Source: an uncultured virus (IMG/VR IMGVR_UViG_3300027816_004729)
Lineage: Duplodnaviria > Heunggongvirae > Uroviricota > Caudoviricetes
IMG/VR virus record: IMGVR_UViG_3300027816_004729
Length of the DNA: 20,000 nucleotides
Strand: one strand, 5' to 3'
The notes below the pieces were generated by a model. The model ran no database searches, was not told the DNA's origin, and saw only the letters and a program-made list of their open reading frames with translations. A program made the position numbers and the translations under genes. This document shows, piece after piece, positions 7,545 to 15,645 of this stretch. How positions within the stretch are numbered: the stretch's first letter is position 1; each line of letters starts with the position of its first letter.

Positions 7545-10500
7545 CTATTGGCAAGTTACTCCAGAATTTACGTAATCTTGAGCGATGGTCAGCGCGTTAA
7601 TATCCGCATCAGTTTGACTTATTTGGCTCCTATAAACACCGCCAATTGAGTAAGCCAAAAACGAGTTAATAAAAGTGCCGTTAAAATCTAGTCGGGCAAA
7701 TCGACTAGCAGTTTCTCCGTCGTATTCGGTAAATTTTCCGACGACAATCAACTTGTTGTCATTTATGATAATTTGATTTGCGACATCATTAAACCCAGAA
7801 CCCACAATAAATGAAGAATCGATCGTTCCGGTTGAAAGAATTTTAACGATTCGGTTTCTTGGACTTCCGTTGTATGACGTGAATGAACCCGCGGCATATA
7901 CGTTACCGGTTGCGTCAATTACAATAGATTTTGCAGCAAAACCATTGCCAAATCCAGATCCAACATTGAATGAAGAGTCGACAGTGCCATTGGCAAGTAG
8001 CCTGACTATATTTTTGTTTGAATTTATTCCTATGGATGAAAATATTATTTTCCCATCGGATTGAAGTGCCAAAGCGTAAAATAAATTATCTGAAGCATTG
8101 TGCTCGTAGTGTGTAAATGAAGTGTCGTCTGTTCCGTCTACATTCAAACGATTAACAGCAATTTTCGAATTTGTCCCAAAACCTGCAATTATCAGTTTCC
8201 CATCAGGTTGTTCAATAAAATCTCTAATAGAATCAAATGGCACGCTATATGTTTTGGCAACTGTCCCATTGGCATTCAATTTTATAATTGGCGATATTCC
8301 TGAATTTCCATTGTAGCTCGTAAATGTTCCAGAAACAAAAATTGATTGGCCGTCGTTGGCGATCTTTACTTTTCTGGCGGTTCCGGAAGGAAATCCCGCT
8401 CCAAAAGTTGGGGTTTGAGCTAAAGTTCCGCTTGAAGATAATTTTGTTATTCCGATTCTATTTTCACCGGAGTATTTTTGAAAATCGCCTACGCATATTG
8501 CGGACCCGTCGGAATAATTGGCAATTGAATACACATTGTAACTTACCGAAGGATCTAATGGGTTGAATGGCGTATTTACGAATCCGTTTGAGGCAATATT
8601 TACTGGCGTGTAGTTTGTCAGTCTTCCGCCATTAATTAACTCTTTTGCCGTTATTTTGCCTTGAAGTCTTGTGTTGTCAAACCAGAAATTTCCAACTAAA
8701 GCAAACTTATCCGGTAACGCGGTGATCGCGTTTACTTCGTCATTCAATACGCTAGAACATGTTCCAGGAGCAAATTTTACCGAGTCGTAGTAGCACGGAT
8801 ACCCTTGGACAACAACCGCGAGTTGATCTTCGGCGGCTTTTTGGGCCACAGCTAAAGCTTGAATATCGGCATCGGCTTGAGAAACTTTCGATCGGTATGT
8901 TGCCACGGCCGTAACCGCCACAGGACCGGTTACCGAAGGCGAAGGACAAAGTCTTTCCGCTTTATACGATTGAGTCGATATGAAAATTGAAGCCACCGAA
9001 TTTTCGTAGCGATCGCTTATTTTTATGAAATCTTTGGCTCTGCCGTACGAATGATTTTTTCCTTGTTCGTCGACGATGCAGACTTTAGTTTCATCTTCTT
9101 CGCATCTTCCATCTGACCGTTCTGGATGCGGTTCCATGAACATTCTTACCGATTCGACGGCTAATTGGCCGCACCACCGTATTAAAAGACTGAAAGCTTT
9201 GTCTATACTCTCTACGTTTTCGCTTTCGCATGTCGGACAACCAGTATCTAGATTTCCGTATTCGGTGATGACCCGACGACTTTGTTTTCTTAGCACTCCT
9301 AAGTCTTCAGACGCGTCATCAGGAATATTTGCTCCGGCGTCGTCAATCGCGATTGGCGCGATAATTTCTTTGCATAAAACATTCTTATAGCTACCGCGCA
9401 TCCCTTTGTAGTCGACTCTCAAAGAGACGTCGCCTGAAATTTCGATAAGATTTACGTCCGCGTACAAGAATACTTTCAAGTCGTGACCATCACCCATCAA
9501 TCTCGTTTCAAATTCGCAATAAATCGGGCGGCGAAAAATTTCTATTTCATTATCGGCGCCGAGTTCAAAAAATGAGTCTTCGCGTTCTGGCATAAACGCT
9601 TCCCAAATATGGTTGTGGCTTCCGTCTGATAGCGCATTATAGTCTACCGAAGCAGCAAATGCTCGGCGGCGACTACCGATGTTGGCAGCGACCCATTGTA
9701 CAGGTCGTATTCCAGTCCATACGCTAGACCAAGCCGGAATTTTTTCCGCAGAAGCTTCGCTCATGGTAGCGTAATCAAGAACGAAAGTTTCTGAATTTAA
9801 ATTTTCGCTAATTGGCGCAGAAACGAGCAGATAGTTTTCAAAACTTAAAGTACAAATTCCGGATTGGTCGGAAGCTAGCGATTGCTTACTAAAAGCCATT
9901 TCCGCATCTCTAAAATTAATTTGGCTAGTTAAGTTTGAAGATGCCGCGGCATCCGAAGAAACAAGACCGCCAGCGCTATACCACCACATTAATCCAGATT
10001 GGAATGTGATGCTCCTTCCGGCAATGCATCCAGTACTAGGAAAAAGTATTGACTGAAAGTTTGGAGTGGTAGCCCATTTTGTCCGATCTCTTATTCCAGA
10101 TTGAATAACTTCGCTTCTATTTTCTGTAAAAACGGTTAAAATTTCGGCTCGATTGTCGCCTAAAAACCCTACAAGACCTGTTATATCTTTCGAAAAAAGA
10201 AAGTCGCCGCGACTCGACCCGTTTATTCGTTCTGAGAATCTTAGAGGATCAAAGAGATCGGAAGCCACGACAACTTTTCCTCGTGCAACCCAAAGTCTTC
10301 CTCCTGAAAAAGCCATCCAGGTACCTCTAGGAGTTTGAAGACCAGGTTCAGCTTCTTTTAAATGTCCGGAATCAAATCCGTCCCAAAACCCGGCTTCGCT
10401 GACACCGTCTTGGATTATGAGTATATTGTAACTAGGAACGAGTTGTATAGCTTGATTTGAAAGAGTCGTTACAGTTTTTTCCGCAACGCAAAAATGAACC

Positions 10501-10865
10501 ATGCTAGCCGCGGAATCGAATTTTAAATTCGGAATTTTAAAAAAATCCCAATCTTTTGGCTGGGCTAAAGGAAAAGGAGCTGCGTAAATTGAACCGTCTA
10601 CGGCAAAAACAAGATAATCGGTTTCGGCTTCAGAGTTTTTTGTGGATACAAAATGTGCCATTCCCTGCAAATTTCCTGCAGGAAGAGTCAGTTGATGCGC
10701 AAATCCGGGTCTTGTCTGGGCAATTCCGCCACGATTGACTATATTTACAGCCCTTCGGTATTGGTCTGGCCTTAAAAGCCAAGGATGACGAATAGTATTC
10801 ATGCCAGCCGTCCATCCGGCATCCACGCTCACTAGTCTTCCAGCCGCGATATTTGGTGCCTGCAT
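7545..10865 (-). CDS. Tail nozzle / tail tubular protein B-like protein (P22 gp10-like) with C-terminal delta-60 repeats (1106 aa)
   Basis: The N-terminal ~600 aa look like a nozzle propeller (AVNIVNRGGIAQTRPGF, MAFSGGRLWVA, GCIAGRSI, CEFETR). The C-terminal part has delta-60/DUF5122 repeats (ALQSDGKII, RLLANGTVDSSFNVGSGF). It follows the adaptor-like gene. Confidence 0.65.
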   Translation of the reverse strand: MQAPNIAAGRLVSVDAGWTAGMNTIRHPWLLRPDQYRRAVNIVNRGGIAQTRPGFAHQLTLPAGNLQGMAHFVSTKNSEAETDYLVFAVDGSIYAAPFPLAQPKDWDFFKIPNLKFDSAASMVHFCVAEKTVTTLSNQAIQLVPSYNILIIQDGVSEAGFWDGFDSGHLKEAEPGLQTPRGTWMAFSGGRLWVARGKVVVASDLFDPLRFSERINGSSRGDFLFSKDITGLVGFLGDNRAEILTVFTENRSEVIQSGIRDRTKWATTPNFQSILFPSTGCIAGRSITFQSGLMWWYSAGGLVSSDAAASSNLTSQINFRDAEMAFSKQSLASDQSGICTLSFENYLLVSAPISENLNSETFVLDYATMSEASAEKIPAWSSVWTGIRPVQWVAANIGSRRRAFAASVDYNALSDGSHNHIWEAFMPEREDSFFELGADNEIEIFRRPIYCEFETRLMGDGHDLKVFLYADVNLIEISGDVSLRVDYKGMRGSYKNVLCKEIIAPIAIDDAGANIPDDASEDLGVLRKQSRRVITEYGNLDTGCPTCESENVESIDKAFSLLIRWCGQLAVESVRMFMEPHPERSDGRCEEDETKVCIVDEQGKNHSYGRAKDFIKISDRYENSVASIFISTQSYKAERLCPSPSVTGPVAVTAVATYRSKVSQADADIQALAVAQKAAEDQLAVVVQGYPCYYDSVKFAPGTCSSVLNDEVNAITALPDKFALVGNFWFDNTRLQGKITAKELINGGRLTNYTPVNIASNGFVNTPFNPLDPSVSYNVYSIANYSDGSAICVGDFQKYSGENRIGITKLSSSGTLAQTPTFGAGFPSGTARKVKIANDGQSIFVSGTFTSYNGNSGISPIIKLNANGTVAKTYSVPFDSIRDFIEQPDGKLIIAGFGTNSKIAVNRLNVDGTDDTSFTHYEHNASDNLFYALALQSDGKIIFSSIGINSNKNIVRLLANGTVDSSFNVGSGFGNGFAAKSIVIDATGNVYAAGSFTSYNGSPRNRIVKILSTGTIDSSFIVGSGFNDVANQIIINDNKLIVVGKFTEYDGETASRFARLDFNGTFINSFLAYSIGGVYRSQISQTDADINALTIAQDYVNSGVTCQ
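7660..8745 (-). repeat. Delta-60 (DUF5122-like) beta-propeller repeats
   Basis: About 6-7 units of the form xxQxDGKIxxxGxFxxYNG...RLxxxGTxDxSFxxGxGF. Confidence 0.8.
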
Positions 10866-10868
10866 AAA

Positions 10869-13853
10869 TTAATCCAACCAATCGTCAGGGTTTGACATTA
10901 TGTCGGCGTTGACTTGTATAGGGGTAATTCTTGCACCGTCAATTGCGCGATTCCGCTTATTTAAGTATTCGACGGCGATGGCTCTATAGCGTTCGGATTC
11001 ATCGGCAAATTTTCGCATCAGAAGTTCTTGAGATTGAACCATCATGAGTATTGCCATCTTGGAATCGAGATTGATGAAATCATATTCCGTCATTAAGTCA
11101 TAACTACGACGGCGGTATTTCATTCTGATCCATTTTGCGTTATCTCGTATTTTTATCCGCCTGTAAGCCGGATTGGTTTCAAAAAAAGGAGAATTTCCTA
11201 AAAACGCGATGTTCTGATCTCTGCCGGTATCCCAAGCGTAAAGTCTTTTAAAACCATCTGTAATCGGATGCTGTATGTTATGAATTTCGGCGATGTTAAT
11301 TTCTGGAACGGAAAAAACCAATTTTTGTACGCCGGATCCTGTAGAAAAAAACGTCAGTCTTCCAGTAATAGAGGTTGTATTTTCGGCTTCGGCTTTACTT
11401 CCGTATAGTTCAACGGTATCTTGCGTTAGTGATCTTACAAAATATGTCGTATTAGGTAAAAGCGGATCCGGAAAATCCAACTCGGCCTCAACGCTGACTT
11501 CAGTTCCTGTGGAAAATGCTTGATTTGAGACGTCTAAGCTTGTCGCGGCATCGACAGTTAATGCTCTTGCAATTTTTAGTTTATGCGTTCCTGACCCAAT
11601 TCCGGTAAAAGAAACGAGGACATTAGATGTCGTATAAACTTCAATTTGGTCGTTAACTACAGAAACTAAATACGGAGAACCAGAAATAAGAGGTTGGGGA
11701 AGCGTCCCGGTTGTCGTAAATGTTGCCGGAACTAAATTTCCGAGAAACGCCGAAAACTCAATATCCAATTGATTGTCTCTAGGAACTATTTGCGCGGATC
11801 TTTCAGTAAAACCGTAAAGTTTTCCTATTCCCAAAGAAATTGCCGAAATTATCCCAGTCGTAGTCGCCGTGTTTATCGCCTGTTGATACTGGCCGTACAG
11901 TTGAATTCGTGTATCGCCGAGTTTTCGTATGTAAAATGGATTTTGCGTGTCTATTTGAGGAGACGTAACCGGAACGGCTCCTGTCGTAAATACTCTAACC
12001 GCAGATCCAGTTACAAATGAAGTCGCACTTAGTTGCCAGTCTTGCGAAAATCCGACTGAAAAAGTCCTATTAATAACTAAGAAAAGCGAACCACTTCCTG
12101 TAGACGTGATATTTATAGGTTCAGGGATTGCCGAGCTTACCGTAAAACTCGTAAGTCCCATCGGATTTAAATCGGTGCCTTCTGCTCGATAAACAGCTTC
12201 CGCAGTTAACGGTGCTGGAAGCGTTCCAGTTGTCTGGAATTGAATAAAACTTCCAGAAGCCGGAACAAACTGTACTGCCGGAGCGGTTGTATATCCTGTA
12301 CCTCCAGTGATTACAGAAACTGCGACCACTTTTCCGCCGGATACCGTAGCGACGGCTGTTGCACCAGTTCCCCCGCCTCCGGTTAGTTTGATAACAGGAG
12401 AAACATTATAACCGGTTCCGGCGGCCGTTATATTTAACGAGGTGACGGTACCATTTGTTATGACTGAAGTCCCCGTTGCTCCACTTCCAGAAGGGTTATT
12501 TAAATTGTGCGGAACACTAGTCGTTATATTTGCCGAAGCACCCGTAGTTACCGTAGAAATTGGGATTATTTTTTGTACGACACTTATGCCAGAACCTAAT
12601 GACGTAAAAACTATTGAATTTAAATTTCCAGTTGCATCGGCCGATGTATTATGCAACGTTATTCGGGTGTCGTCTATTTTCCGTACAAAATAAGTCGTAT
12701 TTTCGACAAGAGGTTCCGGCATATCTCCGCCAGAATTTTTGACGGTGACACTGTCTCCGGTTATAAAGTTATGAAAGACAGAAAAGTTTAGGGTTGTTAC
12801 CGGATCGAGAGACAAGAGTTGCCGAAGTTGGAGTCCAGAACCCGGATCTGTAACATTTACAGGATCGGTGCCCGACTTTGCGTCTTGCAAAGTTTTATGT
12901 ATATTAAAATTCTCGGTTCCAGCAGTTTTAACGTAGAATATGTTGTCGGCTTTTATTTCAGGCGGATACGTCGTTGCGCCAAACGCAACTATATCTAAAT
13001 CATTTAGCCCGTTAGCTCCAAAAGTTTTTACCATCGTCCGAGCCGTCGTACTTCTTTCGTCGATAAGCGAAATTGAAGAGTTAGACGACAATTTTGTTAC
13101 TTGAATCGGACTTTGATTTAATTGCGCGTCAAGTCTTGTTGCGTGAATGGTAACCGTGTTTAAATCGACCGCCCGTACGTAATAATAAAAACCATTATTG
13201 AGAGGTTGCGGAAATAATCCGGTATTGGCCAAGGCCTGCATTCTAACGCCCGTTATCAGCTTATGGTCTGTAGATGAACTAAAAAACTTCATTACCGAAG
13301 TAGTGAATATTCTTTTTTGAGTTCTAGTTAAAGGTTTTGCAGTTGGTATTAAAGCAGAAAATTCAAATGGCAAGAATATCCCATCTAACCACAGACCGTC
13401 TTCGGTTTGTTGTCTAAGTGTATTCCCAAATTCGTCAATTCCCATTATTCGGGTCTGCAATCCTTCATCAGACCTAAGATCGCATCTGGCTATAACAGGA
13501 CCCGGAACTTTTATATCCATGGTTGTCGGGACAATTCCGACGTCGTCCCAAACCCAAGGAACAACTCTTTCGTCGGTTAATCCGTCACCATTTAAATGAA
13601 ATCTAGAAAATTCATCTCTACCAAATACCGGGATACCATCGATTGTGACAGCCAACGGAGTTTCGACCTCTCGCGGCAAAGTTACGGTATTTCCGTCATT
13701 GAAAGTCCTTATATCAAGGACGCCAATGTTGGCATTCCAGTCGCCTTCGTCTTGGAGGGCTCTTACTGCGTCGGTAAGGCGTTTAAGCGCTTTTTCGCGA
13801 TCGCATCTTCCAAGAATTTCTACGACATCGTCGAGGATCTCAGAGACGAACAT
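10869..13853 (-). CDS. Head-tail adaptor / tail tubular protein A-like protein with large repeat insertion (994 aa)
   Basis: The helical N-terminus (MFVSEILDDV...VTLPREVETPLAV) and helical C-terminus (YRRIKI...ERYRAIAVEYLN) resemble podoviral adaptors. About 650 aa of beta-repeats lie between them, and the gene precedes the nozzle-like gene. Confidence 0.55.
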   Translation of the reverse strand: MFVSEILDDVVEILGRCDREKALKRLTDAVRALQDEGDWNANIGVLDIRTFNDGNTVTLPREVETPLAVTIDGIPVFGRDEFSRFHLNGDGLTDERVVPWVWDDVGIVPTTMDIKVPGPVIARCDLRSDEGLQTRIMGIDEFGNTLRQQTEDGLWLDGIFLPFEFSALIPTAKPLTRTQKRIFTTSVMKFFSSSTDHKLITGVRMQALANTGLFPQPLNNGFYYYVRAVDLNTVTIHATRLDAQLNQSPIQVTKLSSNSSISLIDERSTTARTMVKTFGANGLNDLDIVAFGATTYPPEIKADNIFYVKTAGTENFNIHKTLQDAKSGTDPVNVTDPGSGLQLRQLLSLDPVTTLNFSVFHNFITGDSVTVKNSGGDMPEPLVENTTYFVRKIDDTRITLHNTSADATGNLNSIVFTSLGSGISVVQKIIPISTVTTGASANITTSVPHNLNNPSGSGATGTSVITNGTVTSLNITAAGTGYNVSPVIKLTGGGGTGATAVATVSGGKVVAVSVITGGTGYTTAPAVQFVPASGSFIQFQTTGTLPAPLTAEAVYRAEGTDLNPMGLTSFTVSSAIPEPINITSTGSGSLFLVINRTFSVGFSQDWQLSATSFVTGSAVRVFTTGAVPVTSPQIDTQNPFYIRKLGDTRIQLYGQYQQAINTATTTGIISAISLGIGKLYGFTERSAQIVPRDNQLDIEFSAFLGNLVPATFTTTGTLPQPLISGSPYLVSVVNDQIEVYTTSNVLVSFTGIGSGTHKLKIARALTVDAATSLDVSNQAFSTGTEVSVEAELDFPDPLLPNTTYFVRSLTQDTVELYGSKAEAENTTSITGRLTFFSTGSGVQKLVFSVPEINIAEIHNIQHPITDGFKRLYAWDTGRDQNIAFLGNSPFFETNPAYRRIKIRDNAKWIRMKYRRRSYDLMTEYDFINLDSKMAILMMVQSQELLMRKFADESERYRAIAVEYLNKRNRAIDGARITPIQVNADIMSNPDDWLD
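11330..13270 (-). repeat. Seven degenerate ~85-aa beta-domain repeats
   Basis: Recurring HxxxTG..V...GxLPxPL...YxVR..D..IxL...I.xTxxGSG, for example FPQPLNNGFYYYVR, MPEPLVENTTYFVR, LPQPLISGSPYLV and FPDPLLPNTTYFVR. Confidence 0.85.
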
Positions 13854-13862
13854 TTTGCGTAG

Positions 13863-14096
13863 TTAAATTCCAAGACGCGAATCAGACATCCCAGAAAGCT
13901 CTTGGCCGAATCCTTCAAGGCCGGGAGCTTCTGCGCCAAGGCCAAGGCCTTTCATCTTTTCAGCGGCTTTTGCGCCTTTCATGTCGGCTTTGATTTTTGC
14001 TTCTGCGCCGTCAAGCGCTGAACCTAATTGAGCAATGAATTCTTTTGCCATTTGAAACGTGGTCATTGGCATTGTGATTGTAATTTCTTCTTCCAT
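13863..14096 (-). CDS. Hypothetical small protein (77 aa)
   Basis: The start is reassigned to ATG at 14096 (MEEEITITMP...), which forms a TAATATG junction with the upstream stop at 14098. Confidence 0.65.
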   Translation of the reverse strand: MEEEITITMPMTTFQMAKEFIAQLGSALDGAEAKIKADMKGAKAAEKMKGLGLGAEAPGLEGFGQELSGMSDSRLGI

Positions 14097-14097
14097 A

Positions 14098-14463
14098 TTA
14101 GTCTTCCTTTTCGTTTTCTGCTTTATCTTCTGTTTCGTCTTCTGATTCGGATAAACCTTTTTCAATTTCATCTTCGTCCGAAGAGCTTTTGCTTCCCGAA
14201 TTAAAGTCAATTCCCATGACGTCGATGTCCACGGATTTCATTTCTTTAACGCTACCGTCGTCATTTTTGCGTTCAGTTTCGTGTTTAGAAACTACGCGAA
14301 ATTTAATAGTAGCAGTTCCTTCGACTCCAACATCCGGAGTTTCTAGATCTTCAATCCCGCTTAAATATAAAGTCGGGTAATGCACGACTTCGTCCATATT
14401 TTCGTCAGAAACAAGTTCAACGACGTCCATTTCTGAGTTACGTTTTTTTCCAAGATCGACCAT
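14098..14463 (-). CDS. Acidic protein, possibly capsid staple/decoration-like (121 aa)
   Basis: The pattern MVDL...YPTLYL...PDVG...ATIKFRVVS..E...SVDIDVMGI resembles small podoviral capsid staple proteins as I recall them. The tail is acidic. Confidence 0.4.
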   Translation of the reverse strand: MVDLGKKRNSEMDVVELVSDENMDEVVHYPTLYLSGIEDLETPDVGVEGTATIKFRVVSKHETERKNDDGSVKEMKSVDIDVMGIDFNSGSKSSSDEDEIEKGLSESEDETEDKAENEKED

Positions 14464-14499
14464 AGTAGTATTATTATCGTTTTGTGGGTTATGAGAATA

Positions 14500-15042
14500 T
14501 TATTTACCTTCTAGTAGAAGATACGGAATTGTTTTTTGGTGGTATCTATTCATTTCTGAGTAGACGAGATTGATGAATCCGTCCCATTGCGGCGGGTAAA
14601 TTGTTTGGCAACCCTCAGATGAAGTCGTTCGATAACCTCCGCGATGGATATTAATGGCAATGCCCATGTCGTCTCCGGTAACATCCCGCGTAACCGGAAG
14701 TTCTTCTTTTGGGTTAGCAGGTCGCAATGCCGGGTAGCCGCCTCCGGGTTTAGAGATACCGTGATTACCTTTGCGGTATCTGTGAACGCCCGTTTTAAGA
14801 ACCGCGATGCCTTTTTTGTAAACCGAAGGATCCGTGTTAGCATTAAAAGTAGCATGGACTGACGGAGAAATTAAAATTATGGCATCGTCGTAGATGCCTC
14901 TATCGTTTTTTCCTTTTTCTCCCATGCTATCCAGATAATATCCGCGAATCCCGACCAACGAAACAACGTCTTCAATCCCGGCTTTGATAACCATAGCCAA
15001 GGTTTTTTCTTTTGCTTGTTGCGGTCGGGAATTTGGGATCAT
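14500..15042 (-). CDS. Putative endolysin with L,D-transpeptidase (YkuD)-like His/Cys motif (180 aa)
   Basis: INIHRGG...SSEGCQ matches the HxG..SxGC motif. Other conserved-looking blocks are LVGIRG, YDD and NTDP. It overlaps a holin-like gene via ATGA. Confidence 0.7.
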   Translation of the reverse strand: MIPNSRPQQAKEKTLAMVIKAGIEDVVSLVGIRGYYLDSMGEKGKNDRGIYDDAIILISPSVHATFNANTDPSVYKKGIAVLKTGVHRYRKGNHGISKPGGGYPALRPANPKEELPVTRDVTGDDMGIAINIHRGGYRTTSSEGCQTIYPPQWDGFINLVYSEMNRYHQKTIPYLLLEGK

Positions 15043-15215
15043 TTTCCTTTGCGGATTACGTTAATTAGTCCGACTAAACCTAATCCGGCAACAAGAATTG
15101 CTTCTTGAAGTTGCGGTTCAATTTTTACTCCAACTGCCGTAGCAATCAGAATTAACCCACGCCAAGTGGAGTTTTCGCTTAGTTTGTCGATCAGTACGTT
15201 GATTACGTTTTTCAT
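15039..15215 (-). CDS. Putative holin (58 aa, two hydrophobic segments)
   Basis: Not in the ORF track. Translation: MKNVINVLIDKLSENSTWRGLILIATAVGVKIEPQLQEAILVAGLGLVGLINVIRKGK. It has an ExSTWRG motif, a basic C-terminus and ATGA overlaps at both ends. Confidence 0.75.
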   Translation of the reverse strand: MKNVINVLIDKLSENSTWRGLILIATAVGVKIEPQLQEAILVAGLGLVGLINVIRKGK

Positions 15216-15367
15216 TTTTTGGTTCCTTTTGGTTCTGGAAGTTCGTATGTGAACTTTCCGTATTCTGTTTCGAAAGAGATTCCTAGCGTTGTACAGCCGG
15301 CTAAAAAAATTGCTCCGAATGCAATAAACAAAATTACGATGATATTTAAAGATATTTTTTTACTCAT
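15212..15367 (-). CDS. Small lipoprotein, o-spanin-like candidate (51 aa)
   Basis: Not in the ORF track. Translation: MSKKISLNIIVILFIAFGAIFLAGCTTLGISFETEYGKFTYELPEPKGTKK, a signal peptide with a canonical LAGC lipobox. Confidence 0.75.
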   Translation of the reverse strand: MSKKISLNIIVILFIAFGAIFLAGCTTLGISFETEYGKFTYELPEPKGTKK

Positions 15368-15371
15368 AAGT

Positions 15372-15644
15372 TTATTTTTGTTCCAATCGACGCAGACGTT
15401 GCTCGTGGTCGAGAATAGCGAGGTCGTGTCGTTTATCGGTTTCAGCGTTTGCTTCCATACGAATTAAAACGGCTTCAATTTTTTCAATCCTTTGATTAAC
15501 CATGGCGAACTCTTCTCGGGTCGCAAATTTTGTTCCTAACAAAGCTACACCCACGAGGGCCGCAAATGTTCCTAACTTTAACGCGTTATCAAAATAACGC
15601 ATAACTTCGTCGCTTTTTCGTCGGTATGGGTTTTCTTCGGGCAT
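15372..15644 (-). CDS. Single-TM coiled-coil membrane protein (i-spanin- or holin-like, 90 aa)
   Basis: A hydrophobic stretch (LGTFAALVGVALLG) followed by a heptad coiled coil ending DHEQRLRRLEQK. It is the first gene of the lysis cluster. Confidence 0.55.
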   Translation of the reverse strand: MPEENPYRRKSDEVMRYFDNALKLGTFAALVGVALLGTKFATREEFAMVNQRIEKIEAVLIRMEANAETDKRHDLAILDHEQRLRRLEQK

Positions 15645-15645
15645 A

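Noticed and set aside
14097..14210. Track start at 14210 for the 115-aa ORF
   Set aside because: The Lys-rich extension is an off-frame read of the upstream acidic gene. TAATATG coupling favours 14096.
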